Assembly: GCA_951406725.2 (NCBI GenBank)
Contig: OX597831.1
Coordinates: forward strand, 46,872,001-46,936,000
DNA from: Octopus vulgaris
Taxonomy: Eukaryota
Direction of reading: 5' to 3'
Length of the DNA stretch: 64,000 nucleotides
How positions within the stretch are numbered: the stretch's first letter is position 1; the number at the start of each line of letters is the position of its first letter. Shown here piece by piece: positions 30,931 to 44,199 of the stretch. The notes beneath the pieces were generated by a model. The model was not told the DNA's origin and did not search any database. It saw only the letters and a list, made by a program, of their open reading frames with translations. Position numbers and translations under genes: made by a program.

Positions 30931-31277
30931 GAGTGAGAGAGCAGTGCATGCCATCAAAGTGACACTGAGGTAAAATATACGAAGCCCAATATACCCATCA
31001 TGACTACCCGTCCGATAAGGGTACACCAGGCACATGCATCACAACTATATGTGCGCGACATGGTGATCTCATATCAAGATGACCTTGCAGGTGGGGCCCA
31101 GTTAGAATTTTCTTCAGGTTGAGTAGCCCATCCCGCTCAAAAGGTCCCTGAATAAGGGTTGTTTAAGGATGTTGAAAGAACCACCCATGTTTCCAGAGGT
31201 GAATTATTCAAACCCCAAAGAATCCCTCTCAACACATGGCTATGATGCTCCCCCACTACTTCTGCTCGTGATCAGAG

Positions 31278-31279
<2 letters not shown>
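30931..31279 (-). mobile_element. Non-autonomous TAA-associated retroelement (same family as 57400-57836)
   Basis: 31060-31279 is the reverse complement of 57595-57836; flanked by (TTA)n on both sides. Confidence 0.65.
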
Positions 31280-31311
<32 letters not shown>

Positions 31312-31814
31312 AACGTATACATATGTATGCATGTGTGTGTGTGTGTTTTACTGGCTCCTTGCTTTGACATCGCGCAGTGGTAGTAAGCAAGTGTCACTGT
31401 CACGCAAGCGGTGTTCTTCGTTTCCAATCTGCCATGTAAATATGTATGTGAATGGTGAAATAATACTTGAAAATAAGAGAGCACTGGCGACAGAAATAGT
31501 ATCTAACCATCCAAAATGTGTTTGATCCATGCGAGCTTGGAAAAGTGGATGATTCACACATACATACATACATACATACATACATACATGTTTGTGTGTG
31601 TGTGTATGTCTGTGTGTGTGCACTGGCACTCCGTCGGTTACAACGATGAGGGTTCCAGTTGAGCTGATCAACGGAACAGCCTGCACGTAAAATTAACGTG
31701 CGTGTGGCTGAACACTCCACAGACACGCGTACCTTTAACGAGAAATTTCAGCCTTTTCTGCTTCTATTACATTAATTTTGTGTATATACATATATTTACT
31801 CGATTGCTAACATT

Positions 31815-32316
<502 letters not shown>

Positions 32317-33655
32317 AATCTCTCATTGTTCTGATAATCTCATTTTCTCTCATTTTTGTCGGCATTTTTGACGACACCGGTATGAAAGACTTTTAGAAAA
32401 ATGGAAGTAATTAAATACTAGTTCTTTTTAGCAGCTCTAGCATTATTGGCTCTCCATTTCTCTTAGACCTTCAAGATATGATAAAGGAATATGAGATTTT
32501 GTGACAGCATAAATAGTGTAAACAAACAGAAAATAAGACAGATTAGCATTTTAATCGCATCCAGGCCGTTCAGTGAGTTCAACTCCAAAGCATTCATTGT
32601 ATTTTTATGGAATAGTAAAATTACTTGAGTGCTAATCAGAATACATCGTGGTATTTATTTATATCATTCTATAACCAAATCACGGCGAAGCTGATACTGA
32701 CCTTATATTCTTCCAGGGATAATTGAATGAGTACCAATCAAATTCTGAGGATTAATTTAATCAACTACATCTTAAAATCCTTTTGGTCGTGCGTCAATGG
32801 AAGAAGCCTATATTTTGCTTTAATAAAACGCTGATTAACAGAATTATTACGGTTACATGGAGCAAAATAAAATCTGTTTGTGTTTACCAATTTTAGCCAT
32901 AGTTAATTTAAAATATAATACAATCTCTAACGTCACATAGCATTAATTATTAAAACTTTAATGACAAATTTATGTTTCAGATAATTATTTTAAAATATTT
33001 CTAATTATAATAGGAGAGCAAATAATAGTTGTTTTTCTTTCTGAATAATGAATGCCTCGAGGTCTGTATTTTATTCTTATAATGGATTTAATGCTTTATT
33101 GCTTTGTTTATTTTTAGTTTTGCTTTATTTTCCTGTTGATGTGTTTATTTTTTTTTCCGTTTATCTACGTAAAGTCATTGAGCATCAATACTATCCAGCA
33201 TCGAACAAATTTATTGGCTGACGTCAGTATGACGTAACAACAGCTCTCCGTTTTGTTTTCGCTGATTTTTTTGTTGGCGGGGGTAGGGGGATCTTTTTAA
33301 TTTTTGGGGTCGTATTAGCATCATAATGAAATTCAATCATTGGTAATTATTTCATGTGAAGTAATTATATGGAGATAGAAAAAAAAAGGCATTTTCTAAT
33401 TTAATTCAACATCAGAAACACATATGGCGATCGCGCTCGAGAATATGAGATAATTTTCCCGCAAACTAAGAGACAGGGAAACGATTTCGATCCCTGGCAA
33501 AAGCTATTTCATTTCGTGCACATTGCCAATAGATTAGAAGTTATAATGATCCCAAAATTCCCTTTTGATTCACATCTTAAAAGTGTTAGGCCATTTGGCA
33601 AGTTAACAGAACTTAATATTAAATGAATTCGTGATGATCATTACAAAGGAAAATA

Positions 33656-34206
33656 TTGTGTTGTCCGGAATGTTCGTGCCGATTTATAGTAGCTTACCTT
33701 TCGACTTATTTTAGAACATGGTTGAGTCCATAAAATAAGATTTGACCTCCATTTAGAGCACAGTTTAAGCTATCTTTTCGTGGAAGAAGGTCTATGTTCC
33801 TATAACCTGTGTTAATTCTGTAACCCTGTAAAATGGAAGATAAGAAAGTTCATTTTCAGCACTTGATACTTTGGGAACCAGGCAAAAATTGCTGCAGCTC
33901 GGCTGGGATGTGTTACCCCACCCTCCATATTCACCATATTCGGATTTCCACTTATTCAGGTCTCTGAAGAATAGTCTTAATGGTAAACATTTCAATTCCT
34001 TGGACGACGTAAAAAGATACCTTGAGGAATTCTTTGACCTGAAACCACCTAAAATCTGGGAAGAGGGTATTTTCAAGTTGAAGGAAAGATGGAGACGCAT
34101 TGTGCAACAAAACGGTTCATATTTGGTTGATTGAAAATGTAATGGCAAGTATTTATTGACCTTTTCTTTCCTTTAAAAATCAGCACAAACTCTCCGGACA
34201 ACCCAA
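33656..34206 (+). mobile_element. Internally deleted mariner element, second copy
   Basis: Same TIRs, TA flanks and deletion junction as 29832-30374. Confidence 0.92.
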
Positions 34207-34383
34207 TATAAATAATTCGAGCTGCTGTTGCAAACAATACCAGACCAAAGACCGGTGGTCCCATGTGAAGTGGAGTGATTATGCAGATTCGCGTTGTGGT
34301 GGAGGACAGGGGTACAAATACTCCAATTGTAAACGTTTGAAAGTTTCTGCTTTGGTTGACGAGAAAATTCGTGGTCATCCGAC

Positions 34384-34894
34384 AATGTAACTCAGAAACA
34401 GTGACAGTAGCAAATGTAACACCACAGAAAACAGTTATGACAGCAAATGTAACACAAAGCAATGAAACATCCAGTAATGTAACATCCAACAATGTAACGC
34501 AAGAACAATAATAATAGTAGAAAATGTAATACCTCAGAAAACAGTTATGACAGCACGTGTAACATAAAGCAATGTAACATCCAACAATGTAACGCAAAAC
34601 CAATAATAATAGTAGAAAATGTAACACCTCAGAAAACAGTTATGACAGCACCTGTAACACAAAAACAATGTAACATCCAGCAATGTGACATCCAGTACTG
34701 TAACAGAAAAACAATAGTAGTACCAAGTGTAACACCTCAGAAAACAGCTATGACAGCATCTGTAACACAAAGCCAACATCAGCAGTTATCATATCAGAGA
34801 AAACGGTAACCGTAAAACAAAAAAATAACAGCACCAACAGCAACCATTACAAAGCAATAATCGTAACATCAGAAAAAGCATCAATAACAATCAT
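34384..34894. repeat. Degenerate minisatellite built on AATGTAAC subunits with ~100-bp higher-order repeat
   Basis: CCTCAGAAAACAGTTATGACAGCA recurs about every 100 bp (~34422, 34532, 34627, 34735). Confidence 0.8.
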
Positions 34895-35859
34895 GGCGGA
34901 TTTCCGGTTTAAGCACTCTATATAAATCCTCATAACTTACATTTTTGGGAATTTTCAGAAAATTTTTGCGAATTTATGTTTTACTCACGGGAATTTGTAC
35001 GATTATGCAAAAAGAAATGTTTTCTTAAATCCTTCCTCCACCTTCTGTCCAAATCCTAAAATTTCCACTCTTTATTGAATTTTTCTTTAAAATCAGACTT
35101 AAAAATACGGACACTCCAAATTTTTTGCTTAAATCCCTGAAGTGGACCACCCTTGGGTGCGTTATCATTCCATTATATGTGTTTATGGGGAACAGAATAT
35201 TGAAAAACATCATTACAAAGAAACGAGGATAAGGCGGCGAGCTGGCAGAAACGTTAGCACGCCGGGTGAAATGCGTAGCCGTATTTCGTCTGCCGTTACG
35301 TTCTGTTCTGAGTTCAAATTCCGCCGAGGTCGACTTTGCCTTTCATCCTTTCGGGGTCGAATAAATAAGTACCAGTTACGCACTGGGGTCGATATAATCG
35401 ACTTAATCCATTTGTCTGTCCTTGCTTGTCCCCTCTGTGTTTAGCCCCTTGAGGTTAATAAAGAAATAGGTATTTCGTCTGCCGCTACGTTCTGAGTTCA
35501 AATTCCGCCGAGGTCGACTTAGCCTTTCATCCTTTCGTGGTCGATTAAATAAGTACCAGTTACGCACTGGAGTCGATGCAATCGATTTAATCCCTTTCTC
35601 TGACCTTGTTTGTCCCCTCTATATTTAGCCTCTTGTGGGCAATAAAGAAATAAAGAAACGAGGATGGTATCAGGTGGTCATAGGATTTGCTTAAAACATC
35701 AGCTAAATAGCCAGAAAAATCACACACCATACACAATTTCTTATCCATAATCGTATCAATTCTCATGTAGAACACAAATTCACGAAAATTTTCTGCAAAT
35801 TCCAAAAATTAGAAAAAAGTGATGAGGTGTTATATGGAACGCTAAGCCAGAATTTCGCC
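34895..35859. mobile_element. Old non-autonomous DNA transposon with ~125-bp TIRs (GG termini, possibly Merlin-like), interrupted by a SINE
   Basis: 34895-35020 aligns with the reverse complement of 35735-35859; flanks ACAATCAT / GGAATCAT match 6 of 8. Confidence 0.55.
35231..35651 (+). mobile_element. SINE family C, 2 internal units
   Basis: 14-bp TSD AAAGAAACGAGGAT at 35217-35230 and 35652-35665. Confidence 0.9.
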
Positions 35860-35930
35860 GGAATCATAATACAAAAACAAAATATGCAACAACATCAAGT
35901 GTAGCGCAAAATGCACCAACAGCAACAACT

Positions 35931-36570
35931 GTGGAGGCGCAATGGCCCAGTGGTTAGGGCAGTGGACTCGCGGTTGCAAAAACGCGATTTCGATTCCCAG
36001 ACCGGGTATTGTGAATATTTATTGAGCAAAATCACCTAAGCTCCACGAGGCTCCGGCGGGGGTGGTGGTGAACCCCGCTGTAGTCTTTCACTACAACTTT
36101 CTCTCACTCTTTCTGCCTACTTCTGCCACAAAGCAGAGGAACCATGGTGTAACCCACTATGGTGTGGTAAACTTTCAGACCCTAGTCAAGATTGCGACTC
36201 CTCTGCACTCCAGTATGGTTCAGCTCTCCACCCGTTAAAAGCCACTGTGTACGGAATGAGGATAACAGCGTAGCTTTCGCGCCCGTGCAACCGCCAGTCT
36301 ATCGCGTGTGGTGGGTGGATCTTCAAGTTGCCAAACGCATTCTTAGTAGCTTAGAGTGGGCTCGAATTAGAGATTATTCTTTGTGGCTAATGGCGTGAGG
36401 TCCTGATTGGAAGAAGAAGAAGAAGAAGGAGAAGAAGAAGAAGAAGAAGAAGAAGAAGAAGAAGAAGAAGAAGGAGGAGGAGGAGGAGGAGGAGGAGGAG
36501 GAGGAGGAGGAGGAGAAGAAGAAGAAGAAGAAGAAGAAGAAGAAGAAGAAGAAGAAGAAGAAGAAGAAGA
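35931..36570 (+). mobile_element. SINE family B with unrelated 3' body and (GAA)n/(GGA)n tail
   Basis: Family B head, then different sequence from ~36125 ending GTGAGGTCCTGATTG(GAA)n; GCAACAACTG on both flanks. Confidence 0.7.
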
Positions 36571-37034
36571 CTGCAACAACTGCAACACAAAAACAGTAAG
36601 CGTAGCAACAATGACGCAATAAACATCTTGGATTACATTACATCTAATGTGTCCTCTTCGAAAACAGTTCGGTGTAATTTGACGGAGATTTTGCTACTAT
36701 TTTTAGCAGGCCGAGCGTCCAAATAGAGGCCCTCTCTTTTGGTTTGTATAAAGCTGCAATTCATGCGGTCCTAATGCAGGCGGTGGTGGTGGTGGTGGAA
36801 TGGCGGCGGTGGAAAGACAGCGGCGATAAATGAGTTAGTAAAGTATGTGGGAGTATAGATGAATTGTCTAAGTATGAGTGGTGGTGGTGGTGGTGGTGGT
36901 GGTGGTGGGTATTGTTGCTGCTCATGACATTAAATGATGATGGCTGTTGTGGGAGTAAATTTTTAAAAAATTAATTTAAGACGTTTTGATGCTTAGATTA
37001 CATAATTAGTTGATTATTTGTAAACAAATTGTGT

Positions 37035-37101
<67 letters not shown>

Positions 37102-37279
37102 ATCTCCCTCTCTGCAAATTGATAGGAAAATTTGAGCATATTTGCACAAATCACTTACAGATGAAATTTTTTTTTAACTTTTTATTTCCATCGCAGAAAT
37201 AATACTGCGACAGAGTATTATTAGATTTTAGTATTTATTTTTGATGAATTTATAATGTAATTTAGTATACCAACTGCTT

Positions 37280-38540
37280 TCTAGTAAAAGAATGACCAAC
37301 AGTTCGTTTCACGGTCCTGGCGTTGAGTCGAATCCATATCCAAGATACTTAACTCGAAAGAGATACGGCACGATGGGTGTAAACAGGGCTTCAAATTCTC
37401 ATGCATACAATCAATTTCCTGGCAATACGATGTTGCTGTTACCGTTTCCCTTGTTACAAAAATGAATACTGAATAACAACTCCCTTCGCAGACCACTATA
37501 CAGTGACCACTAACATTTTAGGGCACAATGGTGAGTTTGGGTAGTATTTAGGGGACTCTCCTGCATCTAATCAATGTCCTGTTCTCCTGCTGCTGTTAAA
37601 GAGTATCCATTTCTCATCACAAGTAATGATTTGATGCAAAAATGGTATTTTTTTTCCAGTCGAGAACGCAATAAGGAGCACACTTCGAGGCGTCTCTTTT
37701 TTTTTTGTATTTTTTTTTTTTGTTTGTTTATTTGTTTGTTTTTTTTAATCTCGTTCAGTTGATCTGGTACAAAACTGCTTTCATGACTTTTCCAAATTTT
37801 TTTACAGATTTCCAAAAAACAGTTGTGCGAGATGTTTGGAGTTCTGCTGAAAGTTTTCGCCCCTTTGTTCTCGGATTTTTGCTCAACCAAAGTATTTAAA
37901 CCATCGTGCTGAATAACTGATTTTGGCCTATCCCTTAGTTTATTTTTAAGGATATCATCTCCTGAGCGAGAGATTTGGAACCATCTCTGAAAAGCTCTGA
38001 TGTCAACAAAACCACTACCAAAGCCCGCTTGATATCCTGTAGATCTTCTGCGGCAGAATGACCCAGTTTGTACTCATACGAGAAAATTTTCAAGGATATC
38101 ATCTCCTGAGCGAGAGATTTGGAACCATCTCTGAAAAGCTCTGATGTCAACAAAACCACTACCAAAGCCCGCTTGATATCCTGTAGATCTTCTGCGGCAG
38201 AATGACCCAGTTTGTACTCATACGAGAAAATTTTCAAGGATATCATCTCCTGAGCGAGAGATTTGGAACCATCTCTGAAAATTTCTGATGTCAACAAAAC
38301 CACTACCAAAACCCGCTTGATATCCTGTAGATCTTCTGCGGCAGAATGACCCAGTTTGTACTCATACGAGAAAATTTTCAAGGATATCATCTCCTGAGCG
38401 AGAGATTTGGAACCATCTCTGAAAAGTTCTGATGTCAACAACACCACTACCAAAGCCCGCTTGATATCCTGTAGATCTTCCGCGGCAGAATGACCCAGTT
38501 TGTACTCATACGAGAAAATCACTCGACAGTTTGGTTCTTA
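37280..38540 (-). pseudogene. Decayed mariner transposase with amplified first HTH segment
   Basis: FSYEYKLGHSAAE..FQRWFQ..RSGD (HTH), FVPDQL (cf. WVPHEL), FLHQIITCDEKWILF (first catalytic D); frameshifted. Confidence 0.8.
37945..38520. repeat. Tandem array, 4 x 144 bp, near-identical
   Basis: GATATCATCTCC at 37951, 38095, 38239, 38383. Confidence 0.95.
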
Positions 38541-38626
38541 TCAAGTTAATATAATTTGGAGAACTGTACGTCAGATGAAAAGACGCTCGCCCGTCATCAA
38601 GTGGCGTGTTGTCTTTTTATTAATAA

Positions 38627-38925
38627 CTAGCAGTATCGCCCGGCGTTGCTCGGGTTTGTAAGGGAAATAACTATATAAGCATTTTTAGAGAGTTACTACC
38701 CTTATATAATATCAAAAAAATGCATTAAAAATAGGAAAAAATTATGGTAATTTTTTTTTTTAATCGTAGACTCATCGTAGACGCGCGCTAATACCCAGAA
38801 GGGTTCGATATGAATCACGACTATAAGATACCCGCTTTTGGTTACACTGCACCGCAAAATGTGGGAGTAGTTAGGAATCTAAATCGTAGAAGACAGACAC
38901 ACAACTTCACTTTTATATATAAAGA
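38627..38925 (-). mobile_element. Non-autonomous Helitron (299 bp)
   Basis: Minus strand starts TC, ends CTAG preceded by hairpin CCCGAGCAACGCCGGG, inserted between A and T with no TSD. Confidence 0.88.
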
Positions 38926-38949
38926 TTTTTTTACAGTATATGAACTGGA

Positions 38950-39012
<63 letters not shown>

Positions 39013-39802
39013 CAGTGGAGTGATTGGTTGGTCATATACTGGAAAAAAATTATTAATAAAAAGACAACACGCCACTTGATGACGGACGAGAGTCTTTTCA
39101 TCTGACATACAGTTCTCCAAATTATATTAATTTTGATGCTCTTGAAAAATACATTGTTGGTGTGATTTGTATAATGAGCAAAAGTTTTATTTTTTTTTAA
39201 AACTACAAACGATGGAACTTAGAGGAAAAAACCAAAACGAAGGATAAAAAGAAACTCACATCGTAAATGAAAATGCTTTATAAATAGGAATTATCTTTTG
39301 ACAATATACAGTAAAGAACCGATATTTTTAGTAAAACGAAAATACCGATTTATAAACCCATTAATAATATTGCTTTTGATTTGTATTTTTCTTGATATAC
39401 TTCATTGTGAATTTGCTAGCTTGCTTCATGGATAATTAAATTCTATGTATTCGTTTACGTATCTTGTAAATGAGTGTAAATATGAATATACATGGTATAG
39501 CGTTCTACATAGGATAACAAACACAGTCTCCAGAGAGCACTCTTTCGTTCACTATCTCTCTCTCTCTCTCTCCCTCGATTTCTCTCTCGATTAATTGCTC
39601 TACGTTTACCACTTTCTCCAGCACTCTACTTATCTATTCACAGTCCTCTGTCTTTCTCCTCCTCCTCCTTTCTCCATCTCTCTCTCTCATTCTTTCTCTC
39701 TCGTTCTCAAATTTGCTATTTTTTATCGATAGTTCATATCTTTGCTGATGAAAAACTGTATCAATACAATCAGTTCTGTTAATGTATAATTCATATATAG
39801 CT

Positions 39803-39857
<55 letters not shown>

Positions 39858-40233
39858 TATATTTCTATATATACATACACACATACACATATATATATAT
39901 ACATATATGTATACATACATACATATATATATACATATACGCGCACACATTATATATACACACACGTATACAAACACAAATACAAATACATACACACAAA
40001 GACATCCAAAATAATATTATCAAAGTTGAATAAAGAGTTAGAGGGGAATGCGAATGTCATAGAGCGAAAGTTAATTGTCTAAGATTATTTTTTGCGATAA
40101 AATAATGGAATTTCTGTGATTATTAGAAACATGTGACGAATTCCCATAATTATCCGAAAGCTAAAGGCATCCCCCACACTGTTTTTCGCTTTTCATTCCT
40201 ATATCATAAAAGTTGTCCATCGGGAGAAATTTC

Positions 40234-40395
40234 TGGACAAACACACTGTGTGATGTAAAGTATGCGTATACATACTCACACACACTCGTACATATGTACG
40301 TATGTATGTATGTATGGACAAACACACTGTGTGATGTAAAGTATGCGTATACATACTCACACACACTCGTACATATGTACGTATGTATGTATGTA
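40234..40395. repeat. Exact 81-bp direct duplication
   Basis: TGGACAAACACACTGTGTG at 40234 and 40315. Confidence 0.85.
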
Positions 40396-40463
40396 TGTAT
40401 GTATGTATGTATGTATGTATGTATGTATGTATGTATGTATGTATGTGCATGTTTATAGGCATA

Positions 40464-40512
<49 letters not shown>

Positions 40513-40753
40513 ATAACAGCGGGTGGCAGTGTTATGGAGTCCTTTTTGATGGCTCTAGGTCTGATCAGTTCATTAAACAGAATATAATCACCAAATGTTT
40601 CTGTAGCAATATACAACTGTACACCCATAGAGACTACGATTTGTAATAGATTATTGCACACACACACACACACACACCCGCACGCACGCACACGCGTACA
40701 CACACACACACATATTTGTGTCTATATGTATAGATGCATATATAAGGATAAAC

Positions 40754-40833
40754 CTCTGACAGCCGTTTCTAGAATATCCTAGTTAGTGGAACATCGTAAG
40801 ATTCCACAGGTTAAGTATACAGTCATCGGAGAG
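40754..40833 (-). ncRNA. Type I hammerhead motif with long stem II (CCGATGA core, GUC site)
   Basis: Minus strand CTCT-CCGATGA-[53-nt imperfect hairpin with GTGGAA/TTCCAC]-GAAACGGCTGTC-AGAG; base of stem II is mispaired. Confidence 0.55.
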
Positions 40834-42284
40834 AAACAAGTTAGACATGTAACGGAGGAAGAAAGTTCCTCATCAATGATAGTTGTGATTCTTTATGTCT
40901 AGAAATGGAGGAGAAAACCAATTAAATCCAGTTAAAACGGGTATTCATTAGGTGGATCCAAGATTAGAGGGAATAGTTTGATAGTAATCCATGGCGAGGG
41001 AAAACGGATGCTTGCAGTTCCAAAGTTGGACAAATACTGATTATCTTTTATTTGCGAGTTTTATTTTATCAAATTTATTAAAATCCTATAAAAGTAGGAT
41101 ACCAATGGAGTTCGAATCCAGCCGACGTTGTTTTAATGCTACCATCATTGCACCGCTGTCAGCAGTGCTCTCGTGAAGTTCCTTGAATCAGCCATTTCCC
41201 TGCAATTACCTATAAAAAACCGGAATATATAAGTTGTATAGAAGTAGCAATAGTAATGAACATTACCGTGGTTTCTGATTGGAAACCCCCAGGTTTCCTG
41301 CACTGAGAGAGCCTGGTTAAGAATCTATACAGTTACGTGACATACCCATAGACTTTACAACTATATTATGACACCAACTAGCATATTGTAGAGAGTGCTT
41401 AAATACTCAAGGGTTCATAAAACTGACCTGATCATTGTAAACAATCTCAATTAGATTTTATTTTCACTTAATTTTATATTTACTTTAATCTTACGTTCCT
41501 CAAAGCGGACTTTATGCTAACTTGGAAAGTCAAAGTTGTAAGTTTAGTCGAGTCTTATAGCAGACTAAACTATTACTAATGGCTGACTAAAAATTTCCGT
41601 TATCGCGCTATAAATGGGGCTTTTTTCCGTCAGTTTTATAAAAGTCAATTCTATGATTTTCTAACATCCGTGACTGGCTTCTAAACACCAATGGCTTCCA
41701 AAGCTTAAAATGCTTAGACATTATGCCGAAGACATAACGAAACCTAAAACAGATGTTCTGTAAGTTTCGTTTTGTACTCACCTGATATACTTACCAAGTG
41801 TTTTGTTGACCTATGCAAGACCAGTTCTAATCAAGTGAGATTAGATCTATTCCGGTTCCTCGATAGAAGTGAGAAATGACCGGCTTTTTATAGTCAAAAG
41901 TAACAGGAGTGGGCGAGATTAAATTTACGTCATGTATGGAATATCTCAAAACTTCTCGACTAATGACACAATATAACGCAATAATATACACTTTAAAGTT
42001 TTCCATTTTTTCCTTTTGTGTTAATACAAAAATAAATGTAATTGTGATGACGTAACAATGAAATACTTTTTTCTCAAAATGTTGGCGATTTGAAGTATTT
42101 ATATATTTCAAGTGTCTTAGAGAATAATAAAATTGAAATATTCCCAAACTTGTATTTATTTTCTAGACATTATGGCGTTTTTATTTTTCTTTCTTTGGAG
42201 TAATATATTATTTGGTTCATAGAATAATACCAAGTATGTTACTGGTGTTTGTTTTATAAACTGTGAAGTAATAGTTATTCAAAT

Positions 42285-42692
42285 AGGCGTAGGAGTGGCT
42301 GTGTGGGAAGTAGCTTGCTAACCAACCACATGGTTCCGGGTTCAGTCCCACTGCGTGGCAACTTGGGCAAGTGTCTTCTACTATAGCCTCGGGCCGACCA
42401 AAGCCTTGTGAGTGGATTTGGTAGACGGAAACTGAAAGAAGCCTGTCGTATATATGTATATATATATATATATGTATGTGTGTTTATATGTTTGTGTGTC
42501 TGTGTTTGTACCCCCAACATCGCTTGACAACCGATGCTGGTGTGTTTACGTCCCCGTTACTTAGCGGTTCGGCAAAAGAGACCGATAGAATAAGTACTGG
42601 GCTTACAAAAGAATAAGGCCGGGGTCGATTTTTCTCGACTAAAGGCGGTGCTCCAGCATGGCCGCAGTCAAATGACTGAAACAAGTAAAAGA
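42285..42692 (+). mobile_element. SINE family A, full-length reference copy (tRNA-derived, CORE-like)
   Basis: A-box TGGCTGTGTGG, B-box GGTTCAGTCCC, CORE-like CTTGGGCAAGTGTCTT, internal (TA)/(TG) tract, tail GGCGGTGCTCCAGCATGGCCGCAGTCAAATGACTGAAAC. Confidence 0.9.
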
Positions 42693-43571
42693 GAAAAGAG
42701 AGAAAGAGAAATAGATATCAGCAAGATTCGAAGAGTAATACCAATCGAAAACAAAAGCAAAATGGAACGTTTCCTCTTTCGTAACTTTCTCCAGTAGTAT
42801 CAGCCATCTAAGGGATATAAGACACATCCAGGCATCGAACCAACTTTATTTCCTGCTGGTCTTTGTTCACTTTTATATATTCTGAGACGATCATATCCAG
42901 TCAACAACAACAATAAAAAATAATTCCTTGCCATAACGCTCCATATAATCGATACGAAACATACACAGAGGAGACAAAAAGAGGAAGGAGTAGAGAGTCC
43001 AGAGATAAGCTCGTGTGTCGTTACATGGCCGAAAAATTACTGACCGGAAGCTGGATAGAGATAGGGAATGTGGATTTTGAAGGCAGGAGCGTGCGAAAAT
43101 GGGCATTGTGTGTGTGAGTGTGTGTGGGAGCGTGTGTTTGTGAGTATGAGTGTATTGTGAGAGAGAGAGGGGGAGGGATTGTGCGCGCGTGTGTGTGTGT
43201 GTACATGGCAAGTAAAGTGTCAATACCAAAATAGATAAAAGTATGGTTAGGGAATGAAAAAGCAGTAGAAAATGAAAAAGACGAGAGAAGAAAAAAGATG
43301 AATAAAAGAGAGAAGAAGAAGAAGAAGAAGAAGAAGAAGAAGAAGAAGAAGAAGAAGAAGAAAAAGAAAAAGAAGAAGAAGAGGAAGTAGAGCGATGATG
43401 TGGACAACACCGAGTGATCCCACAATCGCCAGCATCAAATTACAATGGACAAGTGAAAAGTTATTTTGGTGTAGAACTAGTGATAAAATTAAGGGAATAA
43501 CAAAAAGCAAAGGAAGGGTGACAGTAGAGAACAATACTACAACTACAACTATTTAAAATAGTTAAGTACTA

Positions 43572-44146
43572 ATACTGGTTTCAAATTTTGGCACGAGGCC
43601 TGCAATTTCGGAGGAGGCAAGTCGATTACATTGACCCCTGTGCTCAACTGGTACTTATTTTATCCACCCCTATAGTATAAAAGGCAAAGTGGACAACGTC
43701 GGAATTTGAACTCAGAACGTAAAGACAGACGAATACCAATTTCTTTACTACCCACAAGGGGCTAAACACAGAGGGAACAAACAAGGACAGACAAACTGAT
43801 TAAGTAGATTATATCGACCCCAGTGCGTAACTGGTACTTATTTAATCGACCCCGAAAGGATGAAAGGTAAAATCGACCTCGGCGGAATTTGAACTCAGAA
43901 CGTAACGGCAGACGAAATACCTATTTCTTTACTGCCTACAAGGGGCTACACACAGAGGGGACAAACAAGGACAGACAAACGGATTAAGTAGATTATACCG
44001 ACCCCAGTGCGTAACTGGTACTTATTTAATCGACCCCGAAAGGATGAAAGGTAAAATCGACCTCGGCGGAACTTGAACTTAGAACGTAGCGGCAGACGAA
44101 ATACGGCTAAGCATTTCGCCTGGCATATTAACGATTCTGCCAGCGC
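43572..44146 (-). mobile_element. SINE family C, 3 internal units
   Basis: Three repeats of the GTCGAC/CGAAAGGATGAAAGG core. Confidence 0.85.
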
Positions 44147-44199
44147 AAAATTAATCTTACGTAACAAATCTGCTTCTATACTTAGCAAAGGTGAGGCAT

